This document shows, in pieces, positions 8,924-17,266 of a stretch of DNA of 64,000 nt; the first letter of the stretch is position 1, and each line of letters begins with the position of its first letter. Under the pieces are notes generated by a model. The model saw only the letters and a program-made list of their open reading frames with translations, did no database searches and was not told the DNA's origin. A program made the position numbers and the translations under genes. The DNA lies in the IMG/VR virus record IMGVR_UViG_3300036546_000271. One strand, written 5' to 3'. Source of the DNA: an uncultured virus (IMG/VR IMGVR_UViG_3300036546_000271) (lineage: Duplodnaviria > Heunggongvirae > Uroviricota > Caudoviricetes).

Positions 8924-9466
8924 TTGACAGAAAGAAGGTGTATCATGGAACAATTTACACAATATATTGATAGAGCTGTAAGTGGAACTAAACCACTTTG
9001 GGGAACGGCAATAGCGACACTGTGTTATATAATGTTTCCTGAAAAAGCTTATCAGACAGCTGCGTTAGCAGTTGGAGGAGCTATATTACTAGATATCTTC
9101 ACTAAATACATTGCACTTTCATACCAAAGTCGTGGATTAAGAAATGCTATAAAACAACGAAAAATATTCAGCAAAACTTTGTGGGAAGGCACTAGAATCA
9201 AGCTAGTGTCTTATTTAGTTATAGCAATTCTTGCTGGACTTAGTTATAGAGTTACGATGCTTACACAAGTAAGTGTATTTTTGGCTACAGTGGTTTACTC
9301 AGTTATATTTCTTAGAGAAGCTCAGTCTATAATTGAAAATCTTATTGATGCAGGGGCAGATCTAAAGTGGCTCCTAATTTGGACAAAAAGAAAGCAAGAA
9401 CAGATACTAGAGAACGATATTAAAGAAAATGTATCGAATGGAAGTGATAATGTTGAAAAAATTTGA
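8924..9466 (+). CDS. Phage holin-family membrane protein
   Basis: Several hydrophobic segments, REAQSIIENL motif, upstream of endolysin. Confidence 0.7.
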   Translation: MTERRCIMEQFTQYIDRAVSGTKPLWGTAIATLCYIMFPEKAYQTAALAVGGAILLDIFTKYIALSYQSRGLRNAIKQRKIFSKTLWEGTRIKLVSYLVIAILAGLSYRVTMLTQVSVFLATVVYSVIFLREAQSIIENLIDAGADLKWLLIWTKRKQEQILENDIKENVSNGSDNVEKI

Positions 9467-10127
9467 GATTATTTCAGTTGATGATTTAATTAAAAGATTA
9501 GAGAATTACACATACAACCAATTGCACATTCATCACACATGGAAACCAGATCATTCTAATTTCAATGGCAACAATCATATCCAACTACAACAAGGTATGT
9601 ATAATTATCATACAAAACAACTAGGCTGGAGAGATATAGGCCAACATGTAACATTAATGCCAGATGGTACATTTGTCACAGGTAGAGATTTCTCGCAAAC
9701 ACCTGCAAGTATAAGAGGATGGAATGTAGGAGCTTTTGCAGTTGAAATGCTTGGGAATTTTGACAAGGATAGAGACAAGCTTAGAGGAAAACAGAAGGAA
9801 AGCATACTCAGACTATCAAAGTATTTTGGAGAGAGGTTTGGATACAACAGTATAAAGTTCCACAGAGAAGGTCCTGGAGTATTTAAAACGTGTCCAGGCT
9901 CATCAATAAATAAAGATGATTTTATAAAGGAGGTTAAATCAGTGGGTAAAGTTTTTACAGACGTAGATGATAATAGGTGGTCAGCTAGTTATATTGAAAA
10001 AGCGTACAAATTAGGGTTAATCAAAGGTAATGGAGATGGAACATTTAATCCAGAAGGACCATTGACCAGGGAGCAGGCAGCTGTATTAATGGTAAGGTTG
10101 TATGAATTAATTAAGGAGGGTGAATAA
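9429..10127 (+). CDS. Endolysin, amidase_2-type catalytic domain plus C-terminal SLH domain
   Basis: HIHHT, GWRDIGQH, KTCPG; FTDV...GLIKG.GDGTFNP...TREQAA SLH motif. Confidence 0.88.
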   Translation: MYRMEVIMLKKFEIISVDDLIKRLENYTYNQLHIHHTWKPDHSNFNGNNHIQLQQGMYNYHTKQLGWRDIGQHVTLMPDGTFVTGRDFSQTPASIRGWNVGAFAVEMLGNFDKDRDKLRGKQKESILRLSKYFGERFGYNSIKFHREGPGVFKTCPGSSINKDDFIKEVKSVGKVFTDVDDNRWSASYIEKAYKLGLIKGNGDGTFNPEGPLTREQAAVLMVRLYELIKEGE

Positions 10128-10447
10128 TGAATAGTGAAGCTATTATCCAAATAGGAACAATAATTATTGCTCTTATCGGAGCTGCAATAACTTATGTTGT
10201 AGTACCTTATGTGAAGAGTAAAACAACTTCAGAACAGTACAAAATGATTGAGTTTTGGGTTCGTGTAGCAGTTCAAGCTGCAGAACAATTATTCAATCAA
10301 CCAGGAATGGGCGAGCAGAAGAAACAATATGTGCTTAATTTCCTATCAGATAAAGGAATTAAGATGACAATGAAGCAGTTAGATGCATTAATCGAAGCAG
10401 CTGTCCAGGAGCTAAACAAAGGAAAGCTTCTTTCTAGTTCGAATTAA
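10127..10447 (+). CDS. LL-H-type phage holin
   Basis: N-terminal TM segment, AVQAAEQ, G.QKK, IEAAV motifs; homologous to 59412-59750. Confidence 0.8.
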   Translation: MNSEAIIQIGTIIIALIGAAITYVVVPYVKSKTTSEQYKMIEFWVRVAVQAAEQLFNQPGMGEQKKQYVLNFLSDKGIKMTMKQLDALIEAAVQELNKGKLLSSSN

Positions 10448-10451
10448 TCGG

Positions 10452-10489
10452 AAGACTAGGGCCAAATACAAAGGTCCTAGTCTTTTTTT
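10452..10489. terminator. Intrinsic terminator between the lysis module and the convergent HTH gene
   Basis: AAGACTAGGGCC...GGTCCTAGTCTT stem followed by a T run. Confidence 0.75.
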
Positions 10490-10683
10490 ATTTCCACCAA
10501 TTCTCCTATATCGCATCCAAAATACTCTGCAAACTTTTCTAATGTTCTAAGAGTTACATATTCATTTTTATTTATTTTAGCAATAACATCGTTAGATACC
10601 CCTATTTCTTTTCTAATATCCTGCCATTTTAAACCTCTCTCAATAACTTTTTCTCTCAATCTCTTATATGTTATCATTTGCAA
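10477..10683 (-). CDS. Cro/C1-type HTH regulator
   Basis: ITYKRL...VTLRTLEKFAEYFGCDIGELVE. Confidence 0.8.
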   Translation of the reverse strand: MQMITYKRLREKVIERGLKWQDIRKEIGVSNDVIAKINKNEYVTLRTLEKFAEYFGCDIGELVEIKKD

Positions 10684-10800
10684 CCCCCCTTATTACTACA
10701 TTTTATTTTATTACATAGATGTGGGCTTGTCTATATTTCTCGGTGTTTATGAAAAAATATAGATAAAATCGGAATACCGGACAAGTAATACTGCATAAAA

Positions 10801-10860
10801 TTAAACAAAGTTAAAAAAGTTTAAACACATAACTTAAACAAATTTAAAAATGTTTAAAAG
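10801..10860 (+). repeat. parC-like direct repeats: six TTAAA(C/A)A units in two groups of three with 10-bp period
   Basis: Units at 10801, 10811, 10821, 10834, 10844 and 10854, just upstream of the parM-like fragment. Confidence 0.5.
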
Positions 10861-10870
10861 GGGTGGTGAA

Positions 10871-11071
10871 ATGCTACTAGGTATCGACAAAGGTACTACC
10901 TACACAAAGACAGATAAAAAACTTTGTATTAGAAGCACAATAAGAAAATATAAAGATAATGATATTATGCTTAATGATGAAAAGATACTATTTGAAATGG
11001 GTGGACAGAAGTGGATAGTAGGAGAAAAAGGGAATTACTCAACTAGGAGAAGCTCCAATACCAAAAACTAA
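10871..11071 (+). pseudogene. N-terminal fragment of a ParM/StbA-family actin-like ATPase
   Basis: MLLGIDKGTTYTK phosphate-1 motif and WIVGE; truncated after ~57 aa. Confidence 0.65.
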
Positions 11072-11075
11072 TAAG

Positions 11076-12242
11076 ATGGGTAGAGTTTACTGGCCAAATA
11101 ATAAAAATATACTTGCACTGCCTAAGATAATTATTGGCCCTATGGGAGCCGGGAAAGATGAGTACACTATCAATTTTAGTGTAAATGCAGCTAAAAAAGG
11201 TGATGGATTAATCATATTTGACTATATTAAAAACTGTGAAATGACCAATAGAATAGCAAAACACGTTAATAACCCTATAGTAATTGATTTATCTAAAAAA
11301 GAAAACATATGTGCATTAGCATATCCGGAGGTTGAAATACCAGATGATGATTGGGGCAAATTAGAAGTTGCCAATATGATGTCGAGGCAAGTAGAATACT
11401 TAATAAATTCTCTTTCTGAAGAACCACTGTCACCAAGGATGTGTAGATACCTCGATGCAGCTTCAAAAGTTGTTTTTATACACGAAGATGCTAAAGTTAT
11501 GCATGTAATTGAAGTTCTGACTAATTGGAAGACAAGAAACGAATATATAAGAAAAGCTAAGTATTCAGGAATATTCAAAGAAAATGATATAGAACTCGTT
11601 GATTTGGATAGCCTACATGATAGAGATAGCTCAGGAAAGATAGTAGGTACTAGGGAATCAAGAATTGAAGGTATAATGGATAGAATTAATATATTGATGA
11701 AAGATATATATCTTAGAGCTATGGCTAATGCCGAGATAAATCATGATCATAATTTTAAAAAGTGGATGGATGAAGGAAGAACTGTTTTGATACAACTTCC
11801 TGAAAGCAAGTTCACAAATAAACAAGTTAAAGATACTATTGTTACCTACTTTATGTCTAGAGTTTGGTTTGCTACTTTGCAAAGGAAAAATCATGATAGA
11901 GTATGTCACGTCATTACTAATGAGACTCACCAGGTTCCAACTGCAGCTAAACTGATAAGCAATATTATCACAGAACCTCGCAAATTCGGTGTAGATTTCT
12001 ATTTTACTATCCACTACTTGAAGCAGTTCAAATTATTACACGATGCAATCAGGAGTGCTGGAGCTTCATATATGCTTTTAGCCGGAACTGAAAAAGAAAA
12101 CCTAAAAGAATTGGAGGAAGAACTAAAGCCTTTCACTATAAGTGAAGGTTTGAACCTAAAGCCATTCCACAGCCTTAATATTGTAAACTATGGAAATCAG
12201 TATGCTAAATTTGTAAGTAAATTACCTAAACCTATAGCTTAA
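11076..12242 (+). pseudogene. C-terminal part of a VirB4/TraG/HerA-like P-loop ATPase (5' end apparently deleted)
   Basis: GPMGAGKD Walker A, FDY, VITNETHQ (degenerate Walker B), PRKFG; frame runs upstream to ~11040 without an RBS. Confidence 0.6.
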
Positions 12243-12244
12243 TA

Positions 12245-12274
12245 TTGAATATATTTATATTATACTGATATAAT
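12245..12274 (+). promoter_or_regulatory. sigma-A-like promoter for miaB fragment 1 (TTGAAT, extended -10 TGATATAAT)
   Basis: Same TGATATAAT motif precedes the second miaB fragment. Confidence 0.55.
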
Positions 12275-12329
12275 AAGTTATGATATTATACAAACAATAA
12301 ACAAAAATAAAATAGATGGAGGAGCAACT

Positions 12330-12485
12330 ATGAGCAAAAGAAAGATAGTTTCAGTCTCACAAGAAGAACTTGAAAGACAAAAACAAATCATGAATGAACT
12401 GAGAAATAAAAATGAAGAATATTATAAACTTACTGGTAGGAGAAAAACCTTTTTTACTCAAACATACGGTTGTCCAGTGGTTTGA
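12330..12485 (+). pseudogene. miaB: 5' fragment of tRNA methylthiotransferase MiaB (MSKRK...TQTYGC, then PVV*)
   Basis: GGAGGAG RBS; homologous to 59832 fragment; ends at the TxGC(QMN) motif. Confidence 0.8.
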
Positions 12486-12490
12486 GTAAA
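12453..12490. other. att junction 1: TTTACTCAAAC-N16-GTTTGAGTAAA centred on TG 12471-12472
   Basis: Perfect 11-bp inverted repeat; CGGTTGTC core shared with junction 2; next to recombinase 3' end. Confidence 0.8.
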
Positions 12491-12552
12491 CATGATTTTT
12501 GATACATGTTGATTTAACTAGGTTTGTGGATAAACTCAAAATCAAAAATACA

Positions 12553-12577
12553 AAAGAAAAAGCCCTTTTTAAAGGGC
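12553..12577 (-). terminator. Probable terminator of integrase 2
   Basis: Minus strand GCCCTT...AAGGGC stem followed by TTTTTCTTTT. Confidence 0.6.
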
Positions 12578-14299
12578 CTATATATCTCTATATACAAATT
12601 TGTGCGTAAGACCATTTTTAAAGCATATAGCAGATACTTTACCATCATCCACTACAACCTTATCAACAACTGTATTCATAAAATCCTTAACTAGCTCCTT
12701 ATCTATAGTCATAACAATCTTTTTGTAGTTGATTGATTTTTTATTTATAAGCTCATTACTAATCATGAAATGACTAGCTTTCTGAAGAAAAGATATATCA
12801 TTATAAGCTACTTGATTGCTATTCTCCTCATGCAATTCTTGGAGCTTATTATTTATATCATCTATTTTACTTTTTAGCTTATGCTTTTGAAGCAGGAAAT
12901 CTTTCTCGGACATAGATTCTTCCGAGAATAAATATAGGTTTTGAAGTCTATCAATTGCTCTTTCATACTTTTCCTTTTCCTTTTTTAATATTTCCATTTC
13001 GGAAATATTTTCTTTTTTTGTCTTAGCTTCATCCTTCGGCACATCAAGAAGCACATTATCTAAATTAGAATAAAGAATTGAAATATAAATGCTTTCAAGT
13101 CCCTTAGTTTCAATTCCAGCTACTTTCTTAAATATTTTTCCGGATAAAAGTATCTTTTCCAGGTCTTTAAGGTTATGCTTTTTAGTCAGTTTTTGCTGTG
13201 CTTTAAGAAGGTTTGCAAGATAATTCATTACAAATGGTCCAAGTGTTACTTCGCTTATCATCTTTGCATCACAGCCCAGAGCTCTAGATTTGCCCTGACA
13301 ACGGTATATTGATGGTCTATATCCATCTTTACGTGGTTGATCCAGGCAAGCATTAAAACCACGGCCACATTTTTTACACTGAATAAGACCACTGAATACA
13401 TGGGTGTGAGTGTTTTTTCTAAGTAGAGCAGTATTCCTTGATGCATTAAAGTCCATTATTTTGTTACAGCTTTCCCATTGCTCCTTGGATATAATAGCCT
13501 CATGGTTATCATCTACAATTATCCATTCTGATTTATCTTTCTTTCTACCCCTAGCACTTTCTCTATAGTTGTATCTGTATGTACCTTTATAAAAAGGATT
13601 TCTTATGATATCTACCACAGTTTTACTTGTCCAGGTTCCACCACGTTTTGTTTTGATACTATTAGAATTGAGTATTTTCATGACCTGAAAGGCTGAACGG
13701 TGCTCTTCGTACTTATCATATATAAATCGAACCACCTTAGCTTCTTCTTCATCCGGAACAGGGAACTTCTTTTCATCATCCCATTTATAACCTAAAGGAC
13801 ATTGTGCTCCATTCCAGAGGCCTTTCTCTGCTCTTGAGAGCATAATAGAAGATACCCTTTCAGCTGTAAGTTTTCTTTCAAGCTCTGCAAATACCAAGAT
13901 TATTTTTAGCATAGCTTCTCCCATAGCTGTAGATGTATCGAATTGTTCATTTTTAGATATAAAAGTCACATTGTATTTTTTTAACTCCTCATACATCTCA
14001 GTAAAATCTTTAAGATTACGAGAGATTCTATCGATTTTCCATACCAGTAGGTGAGTGAACTCTCCATTTCTAATCCTTGTCATCATATCTTGGAAAGCAG
14101 GCCTGTCCATATTTTTCCCAGAATAGCCGGCATCTTCAAAAATTTCATAGTCATCGATACCCAAAAGATACTTTGAATAGTTAATAAGCTCCTTCCTTTG
14201 GAAGGGGAGAGAATCCCTGTCTAATTGATGATGTGTGCTAACTCTTATGTACAATGCTGCTTTTTTAATAAAAATCACCTTCCTTTTAAAAGAGTACAA
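12578..14299 (-). CDS. Large serine recombinase (integrase) of element 2; true start probably near 14269
   Basis: AALYIRVST catalytic Ser, DAGYSG, DRISRN, zinc ribbon CKKCG...YRC, coiled coil. Confidence 0.95.
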   Translation of the reverse strand: MYSFKRKVIFIKKAALYIRVSTHHQLDRDSLPFQRKELINYSKYLLGIDDYEIFEDAGYSGKNMDRPAFQDMMTRIRNGEFTHLLVWKIDRISRNLKDFTEMYEELKKYNVTFISKNEQFDTSTAMGEAMLKIILVFAELERKLTAERVSSIMLSRAEKGLWNGAQCPLGYKWDDEKKFPVPDEEEAKVVRFIYDKYEEHRSAFQVMKILNSNSIKTKRGGTWTSKTVVDIIRNPFYKGTYRYNYRESARGRKKDKSEWIIVDDNHEAIISKEQWESCNKIMDFNASRNTALLRKNTHTHVFSGLIQCKKCGRGFNACLDQPRKDGYRPSIYRCQGKSRALGCDAKMISEVTLGPFVMNYLANLLKAQQKLTKKHNLKDLEKILLSGKIFKKVAGIETKGLESIYISILYSNLDNVLLDVPKDEAKTKKENISEMEILKKEKEKYERAIDRLQNLYLFSEESMSEKDFLLQKHKLKSKIDDINNKLQELHEENSNQVAYNDISFLQKASHFMISNELINKKSINYKKIVMTIDKELVKDFMNTVVDKVVVDDGKVSAICFKNGLTHKFVYRDI

Positions 14300-14440
14300 T
14301 TATAATTATATAATTTCGCTTTTGCAAATAAAAGTCGATATATGTTGTCGATTTATGGAAGAAAAAGACGAGAAGTTTCGATATATCGAACAAATATTTT
14401 GCTATAATTATATATAGGAAAAACTTTCATATTTTTTCTG

Positions 14441-14491
14441 TTGAATTTTCAACATACCGGTGGTAAAATATACATATCGAATGTATGTTCG
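14441..14491 (+). promoter_or_regulatory. sigma-A promoter (TTGAAT-17-TAAAAT, extended TG) followed by a LexA/SOS box CGAATGTATGTTCG (14478-14491)
   Basis: One mismatch to the Firmicutes CGAAC-N4-GTTCG consensus, over the predicted start site. Confidence 0.65.
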
Positions 14492-14529
14492 GTATGTTCG
14501 CCAGTGGGAATGCCAAAGGGGGAATAGCA

Positions 14530-14643
14530 GTGAAAGAAAAATTTACAAAACTATTAAAGTTGATTAATGGCATGACAAGTGAAGAGGTAAAAAAATTCAA
14601 CGATTACATAGTTAATATTAATTATAAAAAAGAAAGCAACTAG
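14530..14643 (+). CDS. 37-aa small protein, candidate SOS-induced antirepressor
   Basis: AAGGGGGGA RBS, GTG start, downstream of the SOS-boxed promoter, convergent with the repressor. Confidence 0.5.
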   Translation: MKEKFTKLLKLINGMTSEEVKKFNDYIVNINYKKESN

Positions 14644-14671
14644 ATTACAATTAAATCAGTTGCTTTCTTTT
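14628..14671. terminator. Bidirectional hairpin/terminator, perfect 14-bp inverted repeat
   Basis: AAAAGAAAGCAACT ... AGTTGCTTTCTTTT overlapping the ends of two convergent ORFs. Confidence 0.7.
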
Positions 14672-15045
14672 GCTTTGTTTATTAACTCTGCTGCTAACAG
14701 AATCCTATCAAGTATCTTGTCCAGTGGCTCATCCTTTATATCTATACCTTTTTCTCTCATCCCATTAATAAATTCAATTATAAAAGCATTAGCTTTATCA
14801 AAATCATAGTCATCATCTATGTATCCTAATTCCACTAATAATTGTCTTAGGGTAGTATTAGTAGCTTTTGCTATTTTTTCTAAAGTTTCAATTGTAGGCA
14901 CAACTGGCTTTTTACTCCTGGAATCTATTCCCTTTTCTAAAGAAGCAACGTAACTGTGACTTAAATCACAAAGCTTTGCAAAATCCCTTAATGACAAATC
15001 TTTTTTATCTCTATATTCTTTTATGTAATCTCCCAGTGTTCTCAT
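14656..15045 (-). CDS. Phage CI-like Xre repressor without a peptidase domain
   Basis: HTH (LSLRDFAKLCDLSHSYVASLEKG), divergent from cro. Confidence 0.85.
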   Translation of the reverse strand: MRTLGDYIKEYRDKKDLSLRDFAKLCDLSHSYVASLEKGIDSRSKKPVVPTIETLEKIAKATNTTLRQLLVELGYIDDDYDFDKANAFIIEFINGMREKGIDIKDEPLDKILDRILLAAELINKAKESN

Positions 15046-15069
15046 AACAAGTCAACTCCTTAGATTAAA

Positions 15070-15203
15070 TGTAAGATATGTCTTACAATATTATTTTATA
15101 GTAAAATTAATTATTTTTCAAAAAAAAATATGAATAATTAGTACTGCATACTTGACATACTATGTAATGTATATTATACTTTTATTGTAAGATATACTGA
15201 ACA
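15070..15203. promoter_or_regulatory. Lysis/lysogeny switch: 18-bp TGTA-N11-ACA-type operators (15070, 15140, 15163, 15186) and promoter TTGACA-17-TATACT (15152-15180)
   Basis: 15070-15087 is the palindrome TGTAAGA-TATG-TCTTACA; three related sites are spaced 23 bp apart. Confidence 0.65.
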
Positions 15204-15220
15204 GATTCGGAGGTGTAAAA

Positions 15221-15466
15221 ATGTTGGCAAAACAGAAAGCAAACAAAGATTTTAAAAATAGAGTTAGAGAATTACGTTTAAAAAAGGATCTTACACAAGA
15301 AGAATTGGCTAATAAAGCTCATCTTACAAGACCTTATTTATCTGACATAGAAAGAAATATTTATCAACCAGGAACTCTAACAGCTATAAGATTAGCTGAC
15401 ATATTAGGCGTTACGGTGAAGCAGCTTTTTTTTGACGAATCTGTACAGCATACAGAACAACAGTAA
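15221..15466 (+). CDS. Cro-like HTH regulator
   Basis: LTQEELANKAHLTRPYLSDIERN HTH; first lytic gene. Confidence 0.85.
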   Translation: MLAKQKANKDFKNRVRELRLKKDLTQEELANKAHLTRPYLSDIERNIYQPGTLTAIRLADILGVTVKQLFFDESVQHTEQQ

Positions 15467-15976
15467 GCTTGTACATTTTTATTATCTCACATCCCAACAG
15501 CCAAAAAAAGTAGTAAATATTACCAAGAAATTTTATAGAAAGGATGAATAAAATGGATAAATATGTTGAGCAAAAACTTAAAGAGCTTCTCCAAAGATGC
15601 AAAAACAAGGCAGAGGAAGTAAAAGAAGAAAGTTCTGATGATTTTACTAAAGGATTCGAAGTCGGATCCACGATGGTTATATATGAACTAGAAGAGTTCA
15701 TCAAAACATACCTGGACTAAAGGAGGTGAAACAGAGTGGAGGATAAAGTGCCTTCAAAACTTGATATTCAAAAGACTTTAATAAAGGAGCTTAAGTCTGG
15801 AGCAAAACTTGAAATTAATATTAGACTTAAAACAACAAAGCCTGGACAAGTATTAGAGTCCTTAGACGATATAGAAGCTTCTTTTGAAAAGTTAATGAGC
15901 AACTTCATTTACAAGTAAAAATTCAGCTTACTTTAAAATATGGAAGGGGGGACAAGAAAAAGGAGAGTGAAAATAA

Positions 15977-16177
15977 TTGAAGCTGAAAATCAGAGAAGCA
16001 AGACTTAGTAAAGAAATGACAATTAATGAACTAGCAAAGAAAGCAGGTGTTTCAAAGAGTTTTATTAGCGACCTTGAAAACGGCAAATCCAAGAATATTT
16101 CACTGCTTAAGCTTTGCAAGATTTCCAAGGCACTTGATACAGATGTTACTGAACTTTTTACATGTGAAGATGAATGA
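15977..16177 (+). CDS. Xre-family HTH protein
   Basis: MTINELAKKAGVSKSFISDLENG. Confidence 0.85.
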   Translation: MKLKIREARLSKEMTINELAKKAGVSKSFISDLENGKSKNISLLKLCKISKALDTDVTELFTCEDE

Positions 16178-17266
16178 TAAAGGGGAGATAGCAGATGAAT
16201 GACATCCAAGAGAGAATAGATAGAATGTGGAAGTATCTTCGAGAAAATGGCATTCATTCTGAAGAAGAATTAGACAAAGCACTAGAGAAGATGCCAAAGC
16301 TTAATATAGGCATATTTGTATCACCACTTAAAGGAGGTGAAGAGTGTGCCACAGAGCCGACTAGATAGAGTAGATATCAAGATAACAGTTGACGCAAAAC
16401 TTAGTGGCGAGTTTGATAATATTCTATCCAGTGTTGATACTTGGAACTATAAAGAAGTAAATAATGGAAAAGTTATTTTCTATATAGATTTTAGAAGCGA
16501 TGTAGATGATGCAAAGAAAGATATAGAGAAGGTTCTAGATAAAGCTAAGGAAATACAAAAGATTTATGAAAGTGTTAAATATCCATATGAAGTTATAGAG
16601 ATGCTTAAGAAAAGAAAGGGGGCATAAAAGTGGAAAATTTACACGCCTTAGCCTATGCTGTACTAACATACAGAAGGTTAGAGGGCCAAGAGCATGATGA
16701 AGAGTGTTTTGCAAATGTAATGGAAGCTCTGATTAATACCATACCAGTTGAAGAAGCTGTGAAAAAGGCTTTTAAAAAGGGGGATAAAAATGCTTAGGGA
16801 AATGATTGAAAACAGAATAGGGAAGATTGATGATGATACTTTTGAAATGGCCTTAGATATGGCCACCGATGATATCAAGTTTAACCGAATCAGCTTTGGC
16901 AAGAGGACAAGCCTCAGTAAAGCATTAGAAATCATCATATCATGTGTAAATGTAGCCCAAAAAATAGAAAAAGGCAGCTCAGAGGAGCCACCAACCAACC
17001 AAGTTAATTATATCAGATATGGGCTACATAACACAATACCTATTATAGAAATTGCTTAGTAAAGAAGGTGAAGTTATGACTTTAAAAGAGAAGGTTGAAG
17101 AAATATTAAAGATTCAGATATCAGACGAAGACTTCAAAGAAGCCCATAGTTATGCAAAGCACAAGCTAGAATGGCAAAATAAGCACTTTGGAACTAATCA
17201 TGGAGAATATTATTTAATACTGCTTATTGCTGATACATACAGGGAGCAGCAGTTTTCTAAATATAC

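Larger units (their letters stand above)
1..12472 (+). mobile_element. Prophage element 1, right part (tail, DGR, lysis, accessory relics, miaB 5' fragment); left part is outside the window
   Basis: Xkd-like tail/baseplate gene order, holin-amidase-holin, ends at a miaB-fragment/att junction. Confidence 0.9.

Noticed and set aside
12467..12474. Long attL/attR direct repeats or a tRNA integration site
   Set aside because: Only an 8-bp shared core is present, as expected for serine recombinases; no tRNA or rRNA gene was recognised in the window.
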